In this document: piece after piece, positions 48,480-55,444 of the stretch
Layout of the letters: every line of letters starts with the position of its first letter
Numbering within the stretch: position 1 is the stretch's first letter
Assembly (NCBI GenBank): GCA_045655065.1
Contig: JAZOOP010000066.1
Span: 1-56,184, forward strand
Length of the DNA: 56,184 nucleotides
Source: Christensenellaceae bacterium
GTDB lineage: Bacteria > Bacillota > Clostridia > Christensenellales > Borkfalkiaceae
Direction: 5' to 3'
Translations under genes and position numbers: made by a program
The notes under the pieces: generated by a model
What the model saw: the letters and a program-made list of their open reading frames with translations, nothing else
What the model was told of the DNA's origin: nothing
Database searches by the model: none

Positions 48480-49454
48480 TTAACGCTCTTCTCTAAAGTA
48501 ATTTAAGCCTAAAGACGCCGGTGGTTGAGTAGATTTACTACCCGTAATACTTGTTATAAGTAAAACTATAATGGTAAATAAATAAGGAATCATTTCAATA
48601 ATTTTCTTTAATGCAGTATTTGTTGTTATTGCAGCCATAATGTTTACGTTTGGTAAAATAAACAATGCACCGAAAATTATAGAACCAAATATTGCAAGGT
48701 TAGGTCTCCACAATGTAAAAATAACCAACGCAATAGCAAGCCAGCCAAGAGATTCCATAATATAATAACTATCGTATCCACCTTGAATATAGTCCATTAT
48801 AAAGAAACAACCTGCAAGCCCTGCTATACCAGAACCTATTAATATTGCCAAAGTTTTATAAAGGTCTACTTTAACACCAACAGCATCGGCAGCAGCAGGG
48901 TTTTCGCCAACTGCACGTAAACGTAAACCTACTTTGGTTCTTTTAATAACTATTGCTGCAATTACAGAAATAATTACTGAAAGATAAATAAATATGCCGT
49001 GAGATAAGAATATTTCGCCAAACCAACCAAGTTCTTTAGCAAATGGTAAACAATTTTTAAATAACGTAGATGCTATAGAAATATTATCCATATTAACGAA
49101 GTTCTTCATAACAAATTGAGTTAACCCCGTTCCAAAAGTGGTTAGCGCTAAACCAGAAATGTTTTGGTTGCATTTAAGATAAACGGTTAAAAATGCATAA
49201 ATTTCGCCAAGTAATACAGCAAATAAAAATGCAAATATTAAAGAAAATAAAATTAATAAAATATAACTTGGCGAGCCACCTGCAACTAAATTCATATAAA
49301 TAGAAGCGCCTAATGCCCCACCTGCGCCACCTGCACAAATAATACCAGGAATACCAAGATTTAAATGCCCAGATTTTTCTGTAATAATTTCACCCGTACA
49401 ACCGAAAAGGAAGAACGGCATAAAAGCGATTGCGCTTGCTAAAAGTGATACCAT
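48480..49454 (-). CDS. ABC transporter permease (BMP/nucleoside uptake family, NupQ/RnsD-like)
   Basis: Polytopic membrane protein of the BPD_transp_2 type, adjacent to the partner permease, ATPase and BMP lipoprotein genes. Confidence 0.85.
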   Translation of the reverse strand: MVSLLASAIAFMPFFLFGCTGEIITEKSGHLNLGIPGIICAGGAGGALGASIYMNLVAGGSPSYILLILFSLIFAFLFAVLLGEIYAFLTVYLKCNQNISGLALTTFGTGLTQFVMKNFVNMDNISIASTLFKNCLPFAKELGWFGEIFLSHGIFIYLSVIISVIAAIVIKRTKVGLRLRAVGENPAAADAVGVKVDLYKTLAILIGSGIAGLAGCFFIMDYIQGGYDSYYIMESLGWLAIALVIFTLWRPNLAIFGSIIFGALFILPNVNIMAAITTNTALKKIIEMIPYLFTIIVLLITSITGSKSTQPPASLGLNYFREER

Positions 49455-50645
49455 TTATTTTTCCTCCTTTTTGTTTTTAGGTTTTTTAGTAAATAACTTT
49501 TTAATCTTTAACCATAAACTAACAAATGGCTGTTTAATTTTATTAAGCCTTGCCGTAGTTTTTGAGTTAAATATTATTTTGTATTGAATAAAGAACGAAC
49601 AAGCAATAATAAAGAAATATACTAGCCCCATAACTAAGTTAGAAATAGTGTCGTCTAACATACCAAAGGCTGGCCTTACTTGCCCCATACCTTTTGAAAC
49701 GAAAACAACCAACCCACACGTTGCAATAGCCATAAGTGGATTACAATTTGCTAACCAAGTGGTCATAATAGCGGTAAACCCACGGTTACTAGCAGTTGCA
49801 TCTGAAATACTATTAGACATGCCACTAGTTAAAAGTAAACCAACTAGCCCACAAATTGCGCCTGAAATAACTAAAGTTCTTGTTACTACTTTTTTAACGT
49901 TTATACCTATATATTTAGCAGTGTTTTGACTATCGCCTACAACCGATATTTCATAACCTTGTTTAGAAAATTTTAGGTATATAGAAATTATTGTGGTAAT
50001 AACTATACCAAATAAAATTATAAGCAAATACGAGTTACCTATTAACGGTAGTTTTCCGTTGGCAAGTGGTTTTAGAATACCAGAACCACCCGTTACCCAA
50101 AGTGCTATAAAGAAATTTACAAGACCTGATGCAATGTAGTTAAGCATTAAGGTAAACAACGTTTCGTTAGTGTTCCAAAGCACTTTGCATATTGCCGGAA
50201 TAGCAGACCATAACGCACCAAATAAAATGCTTGCTAATATTTCTATTACTATGAGTAAAGGTTCTGGAACTAAACCGCCCAAGTAATAAGAACAAGCAAT
50301 AGCGGCAAGCCCACCCATTAAAATTTGACCATTAGCACCTAAGTTCCAAAATTTCATTTTGAAAGAAAGAATTAACGACATTGAAACAGCAAGTAATAAA
50401 GCAAATTCCTGAGCAAATAGCCATATTTTTCTTTCTGAACCAAAACAACCTTCAAAAAGAGAAGTAAAGAAAGTAAAAACGTTGCCACGAGTAGAAACTA
50501 ACGAGCAAATAATTGCACCAAATAATAACGATAAAAATATTGCAACGGTGTAAATAGTTATTTTCTTTCCTAAACTAATATTATCTCTTTTTACTATGTG
50601 CATAAAGGGTTCACGAATAGTTTTAGTAGTTTTTTCGTTATTCAT
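49455..50645 (-). CDS. ABC transporter permease (NupP/RnsC-like)
   Basis: Polytopic BPD_transp_2-type protein. It overlaps the ATPase gene by 8 nt. Confidence 0.85.
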   Translation of the reverse strand: MNNEKTTKTIREPFMHIVKRDNISLGKKITIYTVAIFLSLLFGAIICSLVSTRGNVFTFFTSLFEGCFGSERKIWLFAQEFALLLAVSMSLILSFKMKFWNLGANGQILMGGLAAIACSYYLGGLVPEPLLIVIEILASILFGALWSAIPAICKVLWNTNETLFTLMLNYIASGLVNFFIALWVTGGSGILKPLANGKLPLIGNSYLLIILFGIVITTIISIYLKFSKQGYEISVVGDSQNTAKYIGINVKKVVTRTLVISGAICGLVGLLLTSGMSNSISDATASNRGFTAIMTTWLANCNPLMAIATCGLVVFVSKGMGQVRPAFGMLDDTISNLVMGLVYFFIIACSFFIQYKIIFNSKTTARLNKIKQPFVSLWLKIKKLFTKKPKNKKEEK

Positions 50646-52251
50646 TTTCGTTACCCCCTTTAATTATTTCTTCTTGCTTTTCTACCCACTCTTCTTCGGT
50701 TAGGTTACTATCTTTAGCAAAGCCAAGTTTCTTTTCGGATTTTGCTTCGGTTAAGTCTAAAGAACCCGTCATCATAAGCCCAAGTTGTTCTTTGGTGGTT
50801 TTAGAAGCGTGTACTATACCCATGTTTTCGCCATGACATAAAACCATAATTTTATCGCAAAGGGCAAGCATAACGTCTAAATCTTCGCCAATAAATAAAA
50901 TACCTGCGCCTTTTTTCTTTTGTTCATTTAGAATATCATAAATTTGGTAAGAAGAGTTAATATCTAACCCCCTAACAGGGTAAGCAGTAACAATAACGTT
51001 AGGGCCTGCATCAATTTCTCTACCAACCAATACCTTTTGAACGTTACCACCAGAAAGTCTTCTAACAGGTGTTTCTGTTGAAGGTGTAACAATGCCTAAT
51101 TTTTTTATAAGTTTTTCAGCATTTTCTCTTGCAGTTTTTCTATCTACGAAAGGACCTTTAGAATCGTTATAAGTTTTAAGCATCATATTGTCGGTTATAG
51201 AAAACGAAGGGCATAACCCCATGCCTAACCTATCTTCTGGAATAAAACTCATAGAAACGCATTTTTCTATAATTGTTTTTGGTGGCAAACCAACAATGCT
51301 TTCGCCCTTATGCATTATAAAGCCAGATTCTATTTTTCTAAGCCCTGCAATTGCTTCGCAAAGTTCTTTTTGCCCACACCCTGCTATACCTGCAACACCT
51401 AGAATTTCGCCACCACGAATATAAAAACTTGCGTTTTCTATTTTTTTACTGCCATCATCCCCCCTAACGTTAAGGTTTCTAATTTCAAGTAAAGGTTTAT
51501 CAAATTCCGTTTTAACACGTTCAATTTTTAGGTCTATTTTTTCGCCTACCATCATTTCGGTAAGTTGTTTTTCGTTTGTTTCTTTGGTATTTACCGTTCC
51601 AATATATTCGCCTTTGCGAAGAATAGAAACCCTATCTGAAACTTCTAAAACTTCGTTAAGTTTGTGCGTAATTATTATTATAGACTTTCCGTCTTCACGC
51701 ATTTTTCTTAAAACGTCAAAAAGTTTTTTGGTTTCGTGCGGGGTTAGAACTGCAGTAGGCTCGTCTAAAATTAAAATGTCTGCTCCACGATATAAAACCT
51801 TAATAATTTCTACCGTTTGTTTTTCAGAAACAGACATATCGTATATGTGTTTTTTTGCATCTATTTCAAAACCGTATTTGTTAGCAATTTCTTCAACACG
51901 GGAATTTACTTCTTTAATATTAAATTTATCGTTAACACCAAGCACTATATTTTCTGCAGTAGTAAATACGTCTACTAACTTAAAGTGTTGGTGAATCATA
52001 CCAATTTTGTATTTAAAAGCATCTTGAGGAGAAGAAATAACAACTTCTTCACCATTAATAAATATTTTACCTTCATTTGGGTAGTATATACCCGAAATCA
52101 TATTCATAAGGGTAGTTTTACCACTACCATTTTCGCCAAGCAAGGCTAAAATTTCGCCTTTGTTTAACGTTAAGTTAACGTTCTTGTTTGCAACTACGCT
52201 ACCAAAAGTCTTTGTAATGTTTTTAAGTTCAAGGGCTATGTTTTTACTCAC
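50638..52251 (-). CDS. ABC transporter ATP-binding protein with duplicated ATPase domains (NupO/RnsA-like)
   Basis: GENGSGKTT Walker A, two ABC signatures (MSVSEKQ / LSGGNVQK), 537 aa. Confidence 0.92.
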   Translation of the reverse strand: MSKNIALELKNITKTFGSVVANKNVNLTLNKGEILALLGENGSGKTTLMNMISGIYYPNEGKIFINGEEVVISSPQDAFKYKIGMIHQHFKLVDVFTTAENIVLGVNDKFNIKEVNSRVEEIANKYGFEIDAKKHIYDMSVSEKQTVEIIKVLYRGADILILDEPTAVLTPHETKKLFDVLRKMREDGKSIIIITHKLNEVLEVSDRVSILRKGEYIGTVNTKETNEKQLTEMMVGEKIDLKIERVKTEFDKPLLEIRNLNVRGDDGSKKIENASFYIRGGEILGVAGIAGCGQKELCEAIAGLRKIESGFIMHKGESIVGLPPKTIIEKCVSMSFIPEDRLGMGLCPSFSITDNMMLKTYNDSKGPFVDRKTARENAEKLIKKLGIVTPSTETPVRRLSGGNVQKVLVGREIDAGPNVIVTAYPVRGLDINSSYQIYDILNEQKKKGAGILFIGEDLDVMLALCDKIMVLCHGENMGIVHASKTTKEQLGLMMTGSLDLTEAKSEKKLGFAKDSNLTEEEWVEKQEEIIKGGNENE

Positions 52252-52328
52252 AATAGTCTCTCCGTATAATAAAATTTAACTAGTTAATATTTTTAAAAGT
52301 GTTTTTAATGTTCAGTAAAAAAAATTAT

Positions 52329-52355
52329 AGGGCGAGGCAAATTTTACCCCGCCCT
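52329..52355 (-). promoter_or_regulatory. Intra-operon hairpin after the binding-protein gene (partial terminator or mRNA stabiliser)
   Basis: AGGGCGAGG...CCCCGCCCT stem with one mismatch. On the minus strand it is followed by ATAATTTTTTTT. Confidence 0.5.
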
Positions 52356-52367
52356 AAAGTTTTTTTA

Positions 52368-53660
52368 TTATGCAGCAGGTGAAGTAACGTCTGCACCAAC
52401 AGTAATACCATCTATAATGATCTCAAAGTAAGGAGCTGAACGGAATTCGCTTTCTGCAAAGTAAGTAATGCCACCTTCTGTCTTAATAACGTTTGTTTCA
52501 CCAGTAAAAGTACCATCGTCAATAACGTCTGCATTATAAGCAATAAGATGTCCGTCATTATCCATGGTAATTCTATTAGCTGGTTCGTCGCCTGCTTTAT
52601 CTTCTATGTTAGCCTTTGTAACTGTGAAGTTAGCAACGTTAAATACTTTAATTGTACCAGCAATTAGTTGTGCTTTAACAGCATCTAGAACTTCTTGAGT
52701 GCCAGGAGCTGCAGCAGCGCCTAAAGCAGTAATTTGAACTGAACCGTTAGATAATGTACCAACGTAATCTTTCTCAATTGTAGCACCTTCAACCATAACG
52801 CCGTCTAGCATATGTTCAAAGTATGGTTGCCAGTTGATTTTAGATGCGATAACGAAAGTATCTTCAGAAGTTGTGCCATTGTAGAAAACGTTAGGAATGT
52901 TTGCGTTTTTACAAGCAGTTGGAACGCCATAAGAGTCTGCGTGACCAGAAACAAGTTTAGCACCATTTTCAATTAATGCTTCTGCAGCGGTTTGTTCTGC
53001 AACAGGGTCGTACCAGCTATTAGTAAATCTAACTTCCATAGTGGTATTAGGAACGATTGATTTAACACCAAGGTAGAAAGAAGTTAAACCAGATTTAACT
53101 TCAGCAAATGGCCAAGCGCCTACGTAACCAATTTTTGCTTCTTCGTTAGTGATGTCGTCGCCATACATTGCTTTTAGTTTTAAGCCAGCAGCAACACCTG
53201 CTAAATATCTACCTTCGTAGATAGATGCAAAAGCATTGTGGAAGTTTGCAGGTGCTTCGTCGGTTGTGTCTGCAGTGTTTAAGAAACCACCGTTTGTACC
53301 TGTTGCGTGGCAGAATTGTACTTCTGGGAATTCTTGTGCAGCTTGAATCATATATGCTTCGTGACCAAAAGAGTCAGCAAATACGGCTTTGTAACCAGCA
53401 TCAGCAAATTCAGCAGCCTTGTCGTAACATTCTGGGCCTTCTGGAATATCAACTACGATTGTGTATTGATCTTCACTAAGACCTTTTGCAGCACATGCAG
53501 CCTTGAATGCATCAATAAAGTTCTTGTCGTAAGAAGAACCTTCGCCGTGTAAGCAAATAAGTGCAGCAACTTTTTCAGCTTTTGGGCCACAAGCCGTTAA
53601 GCCGATGCAGCAACCTAATGCCATTACAACAGCAAGCATAAGAGTGAAAAGTTTTTTCAT
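52368..53660 (-). CDS. BMP-family (PnrA/Med-like) nucleoside-binding lipoprotein
   Basis: Signal peptide plus lipobox LTAC. Sequence is BMP-family-like (no specific motif checked). The ATG at 53660 is preceded by GGAGGA. At ~430 aa it is longer than typical members. Confidence 0.85.
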   Translation of the reverse strand: MKKLFTLMLAVVMALGCCIGLTACGPKAEKVAALICLHGEGSSYDKNFIDAFKAACAAKGLSEDQYTIVVDIPEGPECYDKAAEFADAGYKAVFADSFGHEAYMIQAAQEFPEVQFCHATGTNGGFLNTADTTDEAPANFHNAFASIYEGRYLAGVAAGLKLKAMYGDDITNEEAKIGYVGAWPFAEVKSGLTSFYLGVKSIVPNTTMEVRFTNSWYDPVAEQTAAEALIENGAKLVSGHADSYGVPTACKNANIPNVFYNGTTSEDTFVIASKINWQPYFEHMLDGVMVEGATIEKDYVGTLSNGSVQITALGAAAAPGTQEVLDAVKAQLIAGTIKVFNVANFTVTKANIEDKAGDEPANRITMDNDGHLIAYNADVIDDGTFTGETNVIKTEGGITYFAESEFRSAPYFEIIIDGITVGADVTSPAA

Positions 53661-53690
53661 AAAAATATCCTCCATTTTACCTTTCGGTAA

Positions 53691-54263
53691 TTATTTTACA
53701 AATTCAATTTTGCCGTTTTCCATTTTGCCAACTCTGGCTAAGGAATAAACGTCTAAACCAAGTTCAACTAACGCATCGTGCCCTTTTTGATAAGATTTTT
53801 CTACGGCGCAACTAACACCTTTAACGGTAGCCCCTGCTTGTTTACAAATATCTATAAGAGCTAAACAAGCGTTGCCGTTGGCCAAAAAGTCGTCTACTAT
53901 TAAAACTTTGTCTTCTTTGCTTAAATATTGTTTAGAAACGAGCAAGGTGTTTTCTTTTTGATGAGTATAACTATAAGCAGTTGCAGTATAAACATCGTTA
54001 GATATATTAGAAGTTTTACCTTTTTTTGCAACTAACATTTTACAATTAAAAAACTGCGCAGTTAAACATGCCAAACCTATGCCAGAGGCTTCTACGGTTA
54101 ATACCTTGTTAACTCCACAGTCTTTGTAATGTGCATATATATCTTTTGCAAGTTCCGCCAAAAAGGGCACGTCCATTTGATGGTTCAAAAAACAATCAAC
54201 TTTAAGAACGTCTCCTTCTAAAACTTTGCCTTCTAATAAAATTTTTTCTTCTAGTAATCTCAT
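53691..54263 (-). CDS. xpt: Xanthine phosphoribosyltransferase
   Basis: The MRLLEEKILLEGKVLEGDVLKVDCFLNHQ start and the PRPP motif VLIVDDFLANG. Confidence 0.93.
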   Translation of the reverse strand: MRLLEEKILLEGKVLEGDVLKVDCFLNHQMDVPFLAELAKDIYAHYKDCGVNKVLTVEASGIGLACLTAQFFNCKMLVAKKGKTSNISNDVYTATAYSYTHQKENTLLVSKQYLSKEDKVLIVDDFLANGNACLALIDICKQAGATVKGVSCAVEKSYQKGHDALVELGLDVYSLARVGKMENGKIEFVK

Positions 54264-54394
54264 TTTTTCCTCTAAAAAAATAAAAAACCTTAGTTGAACA
54301 ATTTAAGTAACGTTATTATAATTGCAAATAAGGGTTTAAGTAGAAACTAACGAATAAAAAATATGAATTTTTACGTAAAATTATTTATGTATTT

Positions 54395-54423
54395 ATTTTA
54401 ATACAAATATAAATATTTGTCAA
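54395..54423 (-). promoter_or_regulatory. Candidate sigma-A promoter of xpt
   Basis: Minus-strand TTGACA (54423-18), a 17-nt spacer, then TAAAAT (54400-395). It predicts a ~125-nt AU-rich leader. Confidence 0.5.
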
Positions 54424-54469
54424 GTAGAAAAAACAAAAACTACCTACTCTCTAAACAAAAAAATACTAT

Positions 54470-54563
54470 CACTTTTATGGCAGTTCCTATTAGGGTTTTT
54501 TATCCATAATAAAAGTGTAGCACACTATACTTCACTAAAAGAGAAACGTAGTGTGCTTTTCTT
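54470..54563 (+). other. Two adjacent long hairpins, the second terminator-like on the plus strand
   Basis: CACTTTTATGG (54470-80) pairs with CCATAATAAAAGTG (54504-17). AGCACACTA (54519-27) pairs with TAGTGTGCT (54549-57), followed by TTTCTTAT. Confidence 0.5.
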
Positions 54564-54591
54564 ATCCACAAAAGTTAATTTTATATAAGTT

Positions 54592-54824
54592 TAGCCGAGC
54601 GTAGCGAACGCCAACGACTTTAGTCGTTTTATTTTTAGCCTTGTGGCTAAAAGTGATATGCCGTTGGCGTGGTATTTTGGCTCTCGCCAAAGTTATATTA
54701 AATAAATCCTAAACTTGCCGTTAGGCAAATATAACTGCGTAGCAATATCACTTGCGTTAGCAAATCTAACAAATCCGTAAGGATTTATTTAGTTGCCGAA
54801 TCCCTTGCGGGGACTCGGCTACCA
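54592..54824 (+). other. Array of nine short hairpins with interleaved long-range complementarities, ending in a minihelix followed by ACCA (candidate structured RNA; strand uncertain)
   Basis: Hairpins lie at 54613-28, 54633-52, 54658-70, 54676-91, 54715-28, 54736-44, 54752-63, 54771-86 and 54795-819. Complementary 8-11-mers are listed in the findings. Confidence 0.35.
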
Positions 54825-54849
54825 ACTTGTTGTATTTTTTTTGGCGTTG

Positions 54850-54858
54850 TGCTATAAT
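54850..54858 (+). promoter_or_regulatory. Extended -10 element (TGcTATAAT) 7 nt upstream of the thioesterase ATG
   Basis: TGCTATAAT lies at 54850-54858 and the ATG at 54865. No Shine-Dalgarno sequence lies between them. Confidence 0.4.
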
Positions 54859-54864
54859 AAATTT

Positions 54865-55359
54865 ATGAAAGTAATTAAAAAACAAAAAAACAGTAAAAAT
54901 TGTATAATTTGTGGGTTAGATAATCATATTGGCGTAAAAGCCAATTTCTACGAACTTGAAGACGGCAGTTTGGCTTCACTTTTTTCTTTTAGTTTAGAAC
55001 ACCAAAGTTACCCTGAACGCGTGCATGGTGGAATGAGTTCTGCCCTACTAGACGAACTTATGGGCAGAGTTATTTGGGTTACAGAACCTACAACTTACGC
55101 CGTTACTACAAGTATGCAAGTTTCGTTTAGAAAACCCGTGCCTTACGGCGAAAACTTAAAAGCAAGGGCTGAAATAACCTTTAATTCTTTAAGAGGCTAC
55201 ACTGCAAAAGGCGAAATTTACAATATGAACGGCGAAACGTTAGTTTCGGCAACGGCAAAATACGTTAAACTGCCAGAAAAAACTATTACTAAAAACTTTG
55301 ATATGCACGAAGAAATGGCTTACTTAATTGAAGACGGCGTTGCAGAAATAGATTTTTAA
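54865..55359 (+). CDS. PaaI/4HBT-type hotdog-fold thioesterase
   Basis: N-terminal CIICG motif and [14 protein letters not shown], typical of PaaI-family thioesterases. Start set at the only in-frame ATG (54865). Confidence 0.75.
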   Translation: MKVIKKQKNSKNCIICGLDNHIGVKANFYELEDGSLASLFSFSLEHQSYPERVHGGMSSALLDELMGRVIWVTEPTTYAVTTSMQVSFRKPVPYGENLKARAEITFNSLRGYTAKGEIYNMNGETLVSATAKYVKLPEKTITKNFDMHEEMAYLIEDGVAEIDF

Positions 55360-55444
55360 CAAAACACAAAATTTAACTTTTTTTCATAATATAGTAGTGG
55401 AAGGCAACTTCCACTATTTTTTTGCAAAGGAGAAAAAAGTTTAT

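Noticed and set aside
54592-54824. A canonical tRNA or tmRNA gene, prompted by the 7-8-bp terminal helix followed by A-CCA and the GAATCCC string.
   Set aside because: There is no GGTTCGAAT-type T-arm with a pairing 5' stem, no D-arm, no G3:U70 pair and no tag-peptide ORF. At 232 nt it is too long for a tRNA and short for a tmRNA. It is kept as an unexplained structured region, not called as a tRNA or tmRNA.
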